The notes: a model not told the origin generated them from the letters alone. A stretch of DNA of 64,000 nt from Ramazzottius varieornatus (GCA_001949185.1 BDGG01000002.1:7554448-7618447); one strand, 5' to 3'; numbered from the stretch's first letter, positions 39,101 through 53,322 are shown. A program made the numbers and translations.

Positions 39101-39653
39101 ACTTCCAGACAATAACACCGATGACGTGTGCCCCCAAGGAAGACAATCTTGTCGAATTATTCGCCAAACTCCCAGATGAACGCCATCCAGCCAAAACGTT
39201 CCAAGAACTACCCATAACATACTAAGATGTTCAAACGAGGGGAAGAACGACACACCTCAGCCCCAAACCACAGTTGTCCAGAAAGACTTTCATGGACCAC
39301 ATCATCGGGGAACTTCACACGATAATCTCGAATCGCTCGTCGATTCGGAGGTACAGCTTGACTGACGACATTCTCCAGAAGCTGTAGCACCTTGTCTTGA
39401 TAGCTACGGAGCTTGGCTACCAAAGTCGTACATCTTTCTGGTTCTTTCCTGCCATCGAAGCCGTCGAGTTCGCTAGCTACTTGATTCAGTTCTTGATCAG
39501 CCGTGTAGAACTTTGACAGCAGATTATCGTCCGAATTCTACAGAAAATTAGAAATGAATTTCTACGGATAGTTATCAACAACGAAAGTCTTACCTTTGGC
39601 TGGTAGAACCATCTCTTCATGGAGTAGTAGGCTGTCTGCATGTTGGAAGACAT
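36175..39653 (-). CDS. ZFYVE28: Lateral signalling target 2 (Lst2/ZFYVE28), FYVE protein
   Basis: [80 protein letters not shown]. Confidence 0.92.
37264..37382. repeat. Intronic palindromic element, tandem double unit
   Basis: Units at 37264 (N24) and 37341 (N24), Lst2 intron. Confidence 0.85.
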
Positions 39654-40061
39654 CTTAGAGTAATATTCGGTGATCTCCTCGGGCTTCACTGAGACGAGGA
39701 CATCCTGAGAGCTACTGCGTATCGTCAGGTCCTTGAAGCACGGCACGGAAATAGTAATAGTGATTGTAAAGTCGTCCGATCAGCACAATTTCCTGCAAGT
39801 ACAAGACTATGCGTCCAAGTGCGACAAAGCAAGGCCCAAGGGCAACACAAAGCGACAAACTCATGTCAGTACCTGCAGGTGACACCACGCGCTTCCAACA
39901 CAGGCACGAGTACAGTGCACAGTATTCACCTACTCAGAAACCATTCATCGTTAGCACTGTTGTACGACAACTCATCGTAGTCCTCGCGCTTCCATCGAGA
40001 TGATACGGCGTACTCCGATAACAGACTGAACTTCCGGAGAAGGCGTCCCAGATCTCCAGAG

Positions 40062-40518
40062 CAGTGTTCGGCAGGTAAACATTCCAGTTCCCCGATTGGG
40101 ACGCACTTCCGGCTTATGCCTTTGGCTTGGCTAAATTGCCTTCTAATGACGTCAATTCCTAGCTGTAGTGGACCTTAATCAAGTGCAGGTTTGATTAAGT
40201 CACTGTACACGGCGGAAAATTAAAAATTAAAATTCAAATGAACTGCGGATTGAAATGGCGCTATTCACCTGAAAAACGAAGGATGAGGAAAAGCTCAAGC
40301 TGTCAACGATAAAAATGAAACAAAAAAATACCCGCCTGTGGAAAAACTCGAAACAACCCAGATACTGTACAACAGAGCAAAAGGAATCGAACTCTCGGCA
40401 GGCGATTAGCTAGCCACTTCGGTAAATTCCGAAACGCAGCCATCCTCAAAAACTGCATTATTCAGCACTTCTGGCAGGTCATTCCACAGTTCACGGAATG
40501 TTTACCTGCCGAACACTG
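40062..40518. mobile_element. hAT-type MITE, 457 bp, 24-bp perfect TIRs, 8-bp TSD
   Basis: TIR cagtgttcggcaggtaaacattcc (40062-40085 / 40495-40518); CTCCAGAG at 40054-40061 and 40519-40526. Confidence 0.92.
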
Positions 40519-41341
40519 CTCCAGAGAGAAATTTCCAAGGAAAAAGAACTGCAAAAATAGATTATCTTGCCTTACGAATACTGTAGTTTGTACTAGACTT
40601 GCTGGAAATTCTCAGTTTTTGGCGAATTTGGCGAATGAAAGAACAGGTGTCGAGCGCAGGTGTGCAGTGAGCATCAGAATCTGACGACACGCACCTAAAA
40701 ACAGCGGTTCCGTCACCGTTTGACTTGACTAGATGCACTCGAACGCTGAACAACTACAAGACTGCTTGGTTGACGAAAATTTGCACTGCGTGCATTCAGC
40801 CGGTAAAGAGGCTGAACAAAGTAGTCGAATTGAGCCAATCGCAGATTTATTCAGGAAGTGGAGATTTTCCAGCAAGGCAGCAACTCTAGTTTGTGCAGAT
40901 TTCAGTCAACTACAAGTGCCCTTCGTTGATTGATCGCGGTGGTGAATTATTTCTAGACGCACTGCGACATGCAATAATGAATATGGCGAACCGAAAGCTG
41001 TCTCGGTAACCGTCCTTTAGAATTGCTATAATGGAAATCTTCCTGTCCGTGCGGCAGAAGAACCGATCTTCCTGTGGCTGTCTTGGATCATGTTCCCTCA
41101 TCTAATGATCAGCCCGATAGTATCACTGTTCGGAAGCGAAACTGGCCCAACCGTGAAATTTATACTGGTGAGTAAGCGAAAATTCTGGCCGAGTGATCCA
41201 GCTCAAAACGAATATTCAGAACTTGTAAGTTTCTCGAACTCGCAACAAAATCCACGTAAGAACCATCTGTTATGTACAATGGAAACCAATGTTCCACATT
41301 TCGAGATTCGATGTCCGTCAGAAACAAACACAACGTCAAAT

Positions 41342-41924
41342 CTAGGCCTCCAACGACTCAGCTTCCATGGGTGCCGCCTTCTGTGCCTTTCCCCCCTTCT
41401 TTCGTTCCGGGACCAGTGCTCCTTTGTGCTCCTTGGCGTGTTCTTTCTGGACATCTTGCGCGATGGTGGTATCGCCGGACTTCTTTGGTAGGAGAGTTGG
41501 GGCGATGTTGGGCAGGACGCCACCTTGCGCGATGGTCACTCCAGACAGGAGCTTGTTCAACTGCAAGGACGAAAAGCGAATCAGATTCCACTCAACCGAC
41601 GGTTAGAACACTGAAGTAGACGTTGATTGAACGAAAAACCAATCTCACCTCTTCGTCGTTGCGGATGGCGAGCTGCAGATGACGGGGAATGATGCGGGAC
41701 TTCTTGTTGTCGCGGGCAGCGTTTCCAGCCAACTCCAGCACTTCGGCAGCGAGGTACTCTAGGACGGCAGCCAGGTAAACAGGAGCGCCAGCACCAACCC
41801 GTTCAGCGTAGTTTCCCTTGCGGAGCATTCGATGGATTCGACCGACGGGGAACTGCAGTCCAGCACGACTGGATCGGGATTTGGCCTTTCCTTTGACTTT
41901 GCCTCCTTTGCCGCGTCCAGTCAT
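41342..41924 (-). CDS. H2A: Histone H2A with extended C-terminal tail (164 aa), intron 41561-41648
   Basis: Canonical fold [14 protein letters not shown]...AIRNDEE|LNKLL; 45 aa follow LLPKK. Confidence 0.97.
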
Positions 41925-42039
41925 GACGAGGAGTGGGGTAGGGGAAAAACTTGGGAGAAAACGAAACGAGGCGAGCACTTGGCAGGAGTCAAATGAGCGA
42001 AAAATCCAACTGACGATGTCAACAAACGAAAATCCATTG

Positions 42040-42215
42040 CGGGAAAAAGGAGCTTATATACCGGCCAGCTGAAGTAGGCGTGACCATTGTTCTGCCATTG
42101 GTCGACCACCGCTCAACCAAACCTCCAATCAGAGAGCAGACTCTAGGACCCGCCCTTGACTGCAGTTTCTCTTTGGCCCTTCTGATCGATCGCCGGTTTG
42201 GTATAAAAGCGGCGT
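42040..42215. promoter_or_regulatory. Bidirectional H2A/H2B promoter
   Basis: TATA on minus strand ~42054-42060 and on plus ~42202; CCAAT boxes ~42097 (-) and ~42126 (+); GC box ~42149. Confidence 0.7.
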
Positions 42216-42328
42216 ACACGAGATGGAGAAAGGCATCCGTTGAAGCCAGTCATCGTGTTCAGGTTTAGCTTCGTTCGTTCTCGTTGTTTCTACGTTCATA
42301 GTTTATCCCAAACTCCCAGCTCCTCATC

Positions 42329-42807
<479 letters not shown>

Positions 42808-44287
42808 ACGTTTGTTTCTTTTTCCTGATTTTGTTTTGAACTTCTAGTGAAAGATCTTGTACATGGTTACTTCGTTTCCTCCGGAACCTTGTTTTATCGA
42901 GCCGTAGTTCGCTGCTCCATTTCTTCGACTCAGTTCAGCGAAGGACGAAGTTTCCTGTTTGTATATAGCTGAATTTCCAGAGTTTTTACTGTCCGTTCGA
43001 GTGAGCAAAATTCCACTCGTGCCTTCTCCCGCTTCAAAGTTCCAGCTACTGACAGTAAATCGCGAAGCTAGGGGACTAAGACTCTGCACAGGCAGTCTCG
43101 ACTACGGGATTATCCAGGTAAAATAAGAGTATTGGCTAACCAGCGCCCACGTCATACAGCAAGTAATTCAGTTCGAGTTGACTGAGGTCAGCCACGTTCA
43201 TACCTGTGACGTCACGCGCCTCTAGTAAGGGAAATAACGGCATGCGTCTTTCAGATCTTCAATAAGGAAGAAGCTACTTGAAAGCGTGACGTACCATACA
43301 ATATTAGGAGTTGGAAATCCACTTTAATTTTCCGACCTTTCGCAAGCATCGTAAGGAACAGGAAGTGGGGAATGAAAGCCAGGAATGCAAAATTCAATCG
43401 AATAAGACTGTTAGCGTGTGGTGCTGGTCACATCCTTCTGAGGTTTTCCTTCGCTCCACATGGTCACTTTGGCCGAAGTGTCTCCGCGTTTCCCCGCCTC
43501 GACCTTGAACTCTTCTTTCAGCGCCTGACGTACCTGAGATCGAACCGAAATTCAAACAGGGTCGGCGGAGATCTTATTAGAACATAAGAAAATCCCTATT
43601 AAACTCACGCATCGTGCAGTTATCTGCGAGTATTTGATGTAGTTCAGTCCCGCTACTCGCCATGCTGCAGCCATCGTTGCCCGGAGATATGACAGCTATG
43701 ATCCAGTATCGTCGGGCAGAGAAGTGTTTTCCACGATCAGTTTGCGTCACGGAGCCGGAGCGTGGAAGAGAAATGGATAGCCATAAAAAATAAATTTGAA
43801 ATGAAATGCTCGAAAATCGACCCGTGACGTCATCGGGCTTACTCTCGCTGCGTGACCAACACATTTCGTCAGAAGCACGTGATGACTTGACGTCGTTAAC
43901 ACCGTGAAAGATCACGTGGCAGATCACGAACTCGTCAGTCGCGAGTGACTTTTAACGGTCGATTTCGTTCGAATAGTATCCCTGGCTGCCTCGGGCACTT
44001 CTGCATACATTATTCTATTTTAATACTCGACGCCTAGGCACACTCAGATTTCTGTGGCTTTGATATTTCTTCAAAGTTTGAGCGTTCTCTAAGCGTTTGG
44101 AAAAAAACTACAAGTAAAACAAAGGAATTTTGGTATATTATTCGGAATTTCTTCAACCACGAAAAAAACAGTCTGTACAAGTAGCCGATCGAACTAGACA
44201 TCCAACATTTACACAATGAAGGCAGTGTACGTAAAGAAAATCTGGAGATTTGCATCTGTAGCAAAAGGCTAAAACAACGACGGGAGA

Positions 44288-44779
44288 CTATGCTCGTTCT
44301 CCTCGGATGCGACGTGCCAGCTGAATGTCTTTGGGCATGATTGTGACTCGCTTAGCGTGGATGGCGCACAAGTTGGTGTCTTCGAAGAGACCGACCAGGT
44401 AGGCTTCAGCAGCTTCCTGCAACAAGAGATCAAGATCAGCGAAACGTTGGAGGAATGAACCGAAGAAACCACTGAACAGGGAACGGGATTGGTTTACCTG
44501 TAAGGCCATAACAGCTGACGACTGGAAGCGCAGATCCGTCTTGAAGTCCTGGGCGATCTCACGGACGAGACGTTGGAAGGGCAGCTTGCGGATGAGCAGT
44601 TCGGTCGACTTTTGATAGCGACGGATCTCACGAAGAGCGACGGTGCCTGGTCGATAACGATGGGGCTTCTTGACACCTCCGGTGGCGGGAGCGGATTTAC
44701 GGGCAGCTTTGGTGGCCAACTGCTTGCGAGGAGCCTTGCCTCCGGTCGACTTGCGGGCTGTCTGCTTGGTTCGGGCCAT
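44288..44779 (-). CDS. H3: Histone H3, canonical type (A31, SAVM 87-90), intron 44417-44497
   Basis: Full H3 sequence after removing an 81-nt GT-AG intron following Q93. Confidence 0.97.
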   Translation of the reverse strand: MARTKQTARKSTGGKAPRKQLATKAARKSAPATGGVKKPHRYRPGTVALREIRRYQKSTELLIRKLPFQRLVREIAQDFKTDLRFQSSAVMALQVNQSRSLFSGFFGSFLQRFADLDLLLQEAAEAYLVGLFEDTNLCAIHAKRVTIMPKDIQLARRIRGERA

Positions 44780-44884
44780 CCTGACTCGCGAGTGCGGACT
44801 CTGGACGTGAGGACTGTACCTACAGGGAGAGAAAAAGGACTTCGAATGAAGGAGCAATAACTTCAGCGTAGAGAAGTACACAAA

Positions 44885-45390
44885 TTGCAACTGATGATGT
44901 TCCCTGAAGTTTTGGCAGCTGCTCTTATAGCCTCGAGAGGGAAAGAGAACCGAGAGAAAAGGCTAGAACTGGTCTGATTGGTCTTACAGCCCTGAATGAA
45001 ACGTCCAAGCCCGCCCCACAAGGAAGACGATTTAAAAACTACCGTTTTCTTTCGCTGTTCTTCCCAATTATTCTGTTTTTTAGTGGGAGTAAAAAGCTAA
45101 GCGAGGAAGAAAAATCTAAAAAAAAAATCCGTCTATTTCAGGAGGAAACGACTGAAAATCAAATTTTCCCAGAGTTGAAAAGGAAGGATTCCAGCGGTTT
45201 GTCTGGAACCCAAAGATGCATGAATGGAAAACTAATCACGGTTTCTCTCTCATCGACGTTGAGAGAGAAAACCGCAAAACTCTCTGATTGGCCACAGTGT
45301 TAGCGCACCCTTTCAAGGTACTTGGCCCCGCCTTCGCCTGTTGCCAGTGATATAAATCACGCTGCAAATTTCATCCCTGACATCAGTTTA
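44885..45390. promoter_or_regulatory. Divergent H3/H4 promoter region
   Basis: TATA ~44925 (-) and ~45351 (+); ATTGG at ~44977 and ~45286; GC boxes; TCAGTT initiators ~44890 (-) and ~45383 (+). Confidence 0.65.
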
Positions 45391-45472
45391 AGCTTTCTAA
45401 GTTTTCGAACGCTTTTCGTCGTTTTCATCTAGTAGCTCTTGCAAGTACCTTCGTCGTCAGCCCTCAGCAATC

Positions 45473-45896
<424 letters not shown>

Positions 45897-46617
45897 ATTG
45901 TACCCTGAATTTACTTGTTGCTTTTGAAGTCACTGTTCTGTTCTTCCGATGATCTCCGCGTGGCGGAGATTTGTCCTGTTCGCTGCTGTACATGAGATTC
46001 TTCTCCATTCGACATCATGTTCGGTTGTTATTACAAACGAAGCCACTCACTCCACTGGTGGCCTTTTCCATAAAAACGAAACTCGTCTCCACATCAGTTA
46101 TTGAGAAACAAGCAGCGAAAAGAATCTGAAGACGTTCGAGGGAGAAGAGAGTTTGCTTCAATCAAACAGTCTGGATCAGCCGTTTACGATTGTTGTGGCG
46201 CGCCTCGATACGGACTGCACGCAGAATTCCATGAGTTCTTGTACACAGGTGCACGTCGCCGAATGTCACAGAAATCACCTCGTTCAGATGGCCCATGACG
46301 TAAGGACAGGGTGAGAATTTGCTGTGACGTCAAGGTTACCCGACGTTATCTTATCAGCCATGCAAGCGAGATCTTTAATTCATGAAGTCGTTCCGCAGAA
46401 TTTTACATCCGCCAAAGCTGACTCAAGGCTGCCATCTTTGAAATGCTGATGCTGGGGTAGCCCGAAGCAGTGTCTTTGTAACAGTTCGGCCCGATGATGT
46501 GAACATGGTCAGTGAGCGGATAGTAGATTATTTCGTTCATTCTGTCTTTTCCGCAGTTAGCCAACTGCGGTGCAACGTGGCTCTTCTGTTCGTTACAGTG
46601 ATCTTCCAACCAGCAAG

Positions 46618-48266
46618 ATGGACCGCGGAGATGTTCCGGACCGAGGATCCAACGGACACGCAACTTCACGCTACTTCGTCGGGATCGAAGGAGGAGGCAC
46701 GCAGTCGCAAGGGATCTTACTCAACGAGCAAGCGCAAGTCTTAGCGAAATGTACTGGCGGACGAACGAACCAGTGGGTTGTGGGACTGGAGAACTCGTGT
46801 ACGACGATCGCGACCATGGTGAAAGAACTGAGAAAGACTGGAGGACTCATGGACGATGAGGAGATCATGTCCATCGGAATGGGAATGTCGGGAGCGGACG
46901 ACGCGACGAGAAACGAGGAGTGGACCGCTATGCTTCACAAGATGTACAGCTTGACGGCCACTTACGTTATCGAGAACGACACGAGTAAGTTGAACTTTGA
47001 ACTGGGAAGTTTCACAACAAGCATTATCGCTAGAATCTTATCGTGGGAAAATTACCCCATTATGGTGAAATCGTATCCTTTGAAGATTATTGAGTGGCTG
47101 ATTTCTCCTTGCTTTGCAGTTGGATCTCTCGCTACTGCAAGGCCGGACCTAGCCGGGATCGTGCTAATCTCAGGTGCGTCTAAATAAACGACACTTCTGC
47201 CAGTCTTCTTACATGAACTTGCGGTGGGTTTCTCTTACTGGAGTCAAAGTAAAGAGGAAAAGACGTTCACCATGATGATCGTATTGGACCGGAAGTAAAC
47301 CCTATCGTTGTTTCCTGTGTAGGTACTGGATCAAACTGCGTACTGCGAAATCCAGATGGAACTTCCAGAGGAGCTGGTGGTTGGGGACATATGCTGGGCG
47401 ACGAAGGCTCTGCATATTGTAGGTAAAAACCTCCGAAGGAATAAAATTCATTCTGATGCTAGAAAAAATCAGAACGATTGTAAAACTAGGAGATTGTGTA
47501 CTGTCTACAACTTTTAGGGATTTCACACAGCGCTATAAAAACCCTCTTTGACCACGAAGATCGTTTGCAAACCTGTCCGTACGATCTGAAATCATTCCGA
47601 GGAGAAATGTTGCGGTACTTCAACGTCACGAAGAAATCTGAGATGCTCCAGTTTTACTACTCGACCTTCGACAAAGCTTTCGTGGCGAAATTTTGTCCGG
47701 ATATCGTCCGGTTAGCTCTGAATGGGGACGCTTTCAGCAATTCGGTGTTTCGCACTGCTGGGGCGTACCTCGCGAAGCACGTTCGGGCCGTTCTGCCGGA
47801 CGTCGCACCGGAAGTGAAGGACCAAGCGGGTGGAGTACCTGTGATATGTGTTGGATCGGTATTCAACAGCTGGAATCTCTTGAAAGACGGTAGGAGATAT
47901 AAGTTCCTTGTATGTGGAACTTGGAGCCTCGCAAACAAAATGTACTTAATAGATCTTTTTCTCATGTGGCGCACGTTTGCCTTGCTTTTGGCTAGAAGCG
48001 CGCGCCACTTAGAACGCCGATCTTTTACGTTTCGCTTGCAGGTCTTCCATTTGTAAGGTTTATAGTTTCTTGCAGGGTTCGTCGCTGAGCTGGGCGACAA
48101 CATTCCCGAACTGTCTCTGTTCAAGCTTTGCGGATCTTCGGCCGTCGGTGCAGCTTTCCTAGGAGCGAAGAAAGCTGGCGTCGATTTACCTATCAACCAT
48201 CTTCGACCAGCAGAACTTTTCTTTACTCTGGGCTCGAATTCGAAAAAACTTCAGAACGGCCAGTAA
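46618..48266 (+). CDS. NAGK: N-acetyl-D-glucosamine kinase
   Basis: [47 protein letters not shown]. Confidence 0.92.
47966..48008. repeat. Intronic palindromic element unit
   Basis: gtggcgcac-N25-gcgcgccac, NAGK intron. Confidence 0.85.
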
Positions 48267-48736
48267 TGCGTGTGTGGTCCATTCGGTGACTTTTCTACCT
48301 TCTCCGTCCCTCAAATTTGGAAATGCAGCCTGATTAATATATGATGTTGATACTTTCTCAGAGTGGCTCATCTTCGGAACAATTTTATTTCATCAGTTTC
48401 ATTACAGCTTTTCCGGTGTTGAAGAAAGCTTTATGCGTATTGGAACATGGCACGCTTTTCAGTTCCACGAGGCTTCCGTGTCGATTTGTAAAGTCTAGAG
48501 TTGCACGTCGAACCGGAAGTTTCAAGTCGGGACGGTAAAACACTGTTTGACAAAATTTCTACGGTAATTATGGTGCAACAATACAAGCAGCCGTTAACTT
48601 CTGTCAGAAAGAATTATGAATCATTGCCATGGAACACAAGAGTCAAAAAAGGAAACAAAACAAACTGAATCGAAACAAGCACTCCGAAGAAAAGAACCGA
48701 AAGGACATCATACTTCCGTGTACATGGTATCCCGTG

Positions 48737-51033
48737 CTATGCGGAAACCTCGAAACAGTGCAGGAATAAAGAAAGTAGCTGTAAGAAAAGAGCTGCGTTA
48801 GACGAAGTAAGCTGCCAGAAAAGTAGCTTCTTCGTGAGATCTTTACCTGATAAACCAATAGCTGCATAAGTAATAAACTTCACCGGAAGTTCAAACTTGA
48901 CTAGGTTTCGTCCCTTCACCTCCGACGGGTCTTTGCCGTAGTACCAGCACACCGTCAGGTACGCCATGGTCTTCGAGGCGATTCGGACTGTCGCCAGACA
49001 TGCTAACCCTACGATGGCTCGAAGCACGCAGTAGACCAGCTCTTGTGAGGACGGCCACATGATGGGATAAGGCGGAGGAAGGATAGCATCTGTGCCGTTC
49101 AACGAAGGTGCTGTGATGATACCCAGTTGGTAGTTCAACCACGACCCGATCGAAATACCGGCGCCTAAAGAGAATCGGCAGAGGGGATCGGCTATACGTT
49201 CTACAGTAGTTGAGACCTGAGAAGCCCGCAAAGGAGACGTACTACAAGATTCTCACATCAAGCAGCGCACGCTCCCAGCCGATAACCAGGAGGACATGCG
49301 CCGCCTGAACTATCCATTTTGACACGTTTTGTTTTATACGATTCTGTAATTTAAGTGATCTGCTGATCATAACAGAGAGTCTCTGATCGAGATGATGAAA
49401 GGAGGGAAGGACGAACCTGCAGCGAGAATTGTGACGGTGTCGGCCCACGTCGGCCCCCATTGTCCTTTGGCCACTTCTTCCTCCAGAGTTTGCGGGTAGT
49501 ACAAACTCGGAATGATGTGGCACACGAAGAGGACAAACGGAGCGATGGGTGAAGTTAACATGAAGGCATCGGCAATGTCTGCGAACGGTAAGAATATCGC
49601 GAAGAGAACCGAGACGAGAGCTAGCCCACCGATAATGTCCTGCATCAGTTTCGGAAAACCATCATCATTCAATTCGGCGGTGTGCAAATGCTGCGAAGAA
49701 CCCCAGATGCTTACCAGTACGCTGTGCATTCCCAGGTAAACTCTGCTCAGGCAAATCAGTATGCACCATGCGGAACATATTGCTAAACCAACCGCGAACG
49801 GAAACTACATGATGACAAAGAATGGATTTACAAGACATATAAAAAAATTTTATTGCAAGATTCAATGAGTGGATGATGGAACAAAACACCGTGCTCACTC
49901 ACATCGTATCTTTGGCCACAAAAGTATAGCAACGAAAAAGGGACGCTGAAGCCGACCATAGCGTGGGTGCTGCGAAAAGAAAGAGTCAACTGTATCACTG
50001 ATATATTACGCCAAGGACCGGGACCTTCTAGCTGACTGCTTACCTTGGCATTCCGTATTCACTCACGTACCTGGACACACAACACAGTAGAGGCAATTTT
50101 GAAGGAAGCGCGCTTCACGCAAGGCGCAAGCAATCATATCACTATCATATTGAGCATCGTAGACTAGTAACATGAAACAAAATTATATTCTACCGTACTG
50201 TCTACGTACATCGGCTCCATTTGAATCACAACTTTCGGGGACGGACGAGAAAGCTTCAGGATATCCTTCAGGACTTGCCCAATATACCTGCATACACAAA
50301 ACCCTTTACAAAGAGTCATCACAAACTCGGAGGACGATAATTAAGCTGCCAGACGCTTGGACGTGGGATAGGGCTCACATTGTTAAGACCCACATCGTTA
50401 CGACCCTTCTGCAAACAGAAAACAAAACTGATAGACGATAGCTGGAAAAGCATCTGTCAGATTGCGAAGAACATACCGACAAACCGCGCCATCGATGTTC
50501 CAGGTCCATATGGGAAAGAACGTCGCGTAAAACGCTTCATATCCCAGACTTGACCCAAACCGGAAGATGTAATACAGCAACCTATAGCGAATACGGTAAG
50601 CCGGAGCTGTTGATGCTGTCCCGGTACCGTTCGTCCTCTCCGAGGGATATTTCCCTGTGACTGGCGACGGCGGAGACGAAGCTGAAGGTGTCTTCGGTAC
50701 GATGCGTCCATCTCCTTGATTTGGCGTGGAGTTGTTGGATGGCTTCTTGTTGATATTCAGATGACGAATGTGACGCTCCACTAGATCTTCCTGCGATTCG
50801 AAGCCGCTCTCCCGATCAACGGCGGCAAAGATGCTGTCGATACCCTTGTCGCCTTTTAGGAAAGCATCTCTAGGTGATGAGGGTGGCTTGTTGGACTTGG
50901 GAGACGACGGATGATCGCCTTGATAATTAGGATTCTCGTAAGGCGGGACTCTTTCTAAGCCGCACAGCGTCTGGAACTGCGAGACAATTTCATCCGAACT
51001 CAACAGCTGGAGCACAGCCCGCAGAGGTTCCAT
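48737..51033 (-). CDS. Sphingosine-1-phosphate phosphatase (PAP2 family, SGPP1/2-like)
   Basis: LG.E.FY..FFP.W.WNID, KDILK...RP, EYGMPSTHAM, CLSRVYLGMHS. Confidence 0.88.
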
Positions 51034-51659
51034 TCCAAGACTCGCGTCCAGATTCCGGAATCCCACAATTCCCACCTACAAAGACACCGGAACCGAGAAA
51101 ATTCTATAGACAAGCAACAGGCATTGCTGGTTAAATGTCACAGAAAACGAAACTCCCAGTCTCCCACATCGATCTCGTTGTGGACGTTGAGGCACAGACA
51201 GCTACCATGGCGGACCTCATAAATGGCCAGCAGCAGAAACCCTAATAATAGCAACTCGTTTGATTTATTGATTGTCTACCAATGACTGCCTGTGCTGCAG
51301 GCCGTGGCGGAATCCGGGAAGCTTGGTGTTCCACTCCCAAGTGTTTGTTTACGATTTTAATTAAATTCCACTAGTGCACATCGAACTCTATAGTTTCCTT
51401 GCAGGGCGAAACGATGGGTCCTACATCGGCGGATGGCTCTATAGCATCCGGTACACCGATGGATCATGAATCGAGTAGGATAATGGGTGCTGACGGCTTT
51501 TCGCGGGATGACGGATAATGGGAGGCCACAAGTAATGGACGCCGTCCGGCGGAAGCCGGAAGTGGGCACTGGAAGTTTGATCCATCGCTGCAGAAAAGGG
51601 CTTCTAACAAGAAGGGCATGACTGACTCTACTCCAATGATGGTGGCTGACTTTGTCTTT

Positions 51660-53322
51660 TGATAGCAGATCGATTGGCTGGTGGAAAACGCCGGGGTGCG
51701 GAACGACTTCAAAGATGTCGCGTTGAAGATTTGGTTCAGGTATGGTAATTGGCTACTTTAATATTATTGAACTTTCAACCTGATTCAGCTCAGTCTTTCG
51801 TAGTTATCTAAGTCACTACATGCCGAACCTGGAAGACGGTATCAAGAAGGAGCTGGGAGGTAACAAACAGTGGCATCTAGCTTTCCCGCAGGGAGACCTG
51901 ACTGCCCTGCTCAACTGTTCCCGTCAATAACTCAGCGCTCAGCTCAAAACTCTCCAACAACAGAAGGAACAACCCGGTGAGAAGAAAGCGCCTAGACTCT
52001 CCACAACCCTCGGTAAGCTGAAACCCAAGAGCATCTTTCCAACTTCAATTGTTTCCGGCCGACACCCGTTCTGCTGATAGCCATCATCGGTATCGCGCTG
52101 TTCGTCTGTCAAGAAGAAGTTCTCATCAGCGACGTCCTACGCTGGGCCCGCCTGCTCAAGCTGCCTCTAGTGGATCTCCTCCCCTTCAGAGAAATTGCTT
52201 CTGCGGCTGAACTGCGTGGTGTCACCGAGAAGTCGCGGACTCTTCATGGTGTTGGACAGTATTCCCTTAAGGAAAAGTGGCTCGTTTGGGTAGCGAACAC
52301 ACTGTTAGATGGGCACATCGCTAAACTTCCGGGTCTACCTGTTGTGCCTTTCGTTCAGCGGTTCATCGAGGAACTGGATCTACCTTTCGAAATGATTCCT
52401 TTCGTTGTAGGCTTGTTCAAGAAGATAAACTCGCTAGAGTATGGTATGGAATCCATTTCCATCCATCGAGCACCACTTGCTTCCTCCAGAAGAACCATGA
52501 ACATGGAAAGTCACGTCATGTGCTGCATTTTCTACGCTTTGCGATTTCTTGTCGTTCTAGATGATACTACTGAGAACCAAATATGCGACATTACAAAAGA
52601 AATTCATGCGCAGAAACCAGATCTGAATCTGTTCAACTTCCGAGTTTGTTATCAACATTTGACACATCGGAGAATGTTACTGTTCAAACACACAATGTTG
52701 TCCCGGAAAACGCAAAGCGCCCAAGCATATACCGATTTCATTTAGGCCAACCTGGTTTCTCGTTCGGTGTCTCGAGCCAAGGTCCTTGCAAGTTACAAGA
52801 GCACAAATAAGATGAGGAACTTCTACCGAGATCTACAGCTCGGCTTCCGGAAGGAAGACACCAGTAGACCGTCTAAGCTCTCCGTAGATCTCGGAGTGAC
52901 AGCTCGGCCTTACCGCGCACATACAGAAGTTTTCTTACTACTATCCGGAACTATCAGTTGACTTTAGCACACAGATCATTAACCACTTGCTGGAAGACAA
53001 CGGAAAATGGAGCAAGGACCAAGGCCTCGAGGCGGAAGCGAAGAAGATTGGGGAAGTGCGGAAATTGGGATATCAGCGCACGCAGCCGTTTCGCCTCGTC
53101 AGGAACGATTCCAGGGACAAGAAGAAAGCGGTGGAGACAGAGAACATGTCTCTCGTGACGTACGGACTAATTGGGATAATGGCCGAGATGATCGAACAAA
53201 GACCCGGAAGTCTCTTTGGATATTTGCTTTTCCTAGAAATAGCTTTCTTTCCGAAACATCCCTCTTGCTTTTATCTGGCAAAGAAAAATAATCCAAACTT
53301 GAAAATATTTCGAACATGTTAG
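51660..53322 (+). pseudogene. TAF1B/Rrn7-like (Pol I SL1 subunit) sequence, apparently disrupted
   Basis: LKIWFRYL, EVLISDVLRW, CIFYALRFLVVLDD resemble TAF1B. In-frame TAG at 52743-52745, TGA at 52959-52961 and a frame change before 52987; no N-terminal zinc ribbon seen. Confidence 0.55.
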
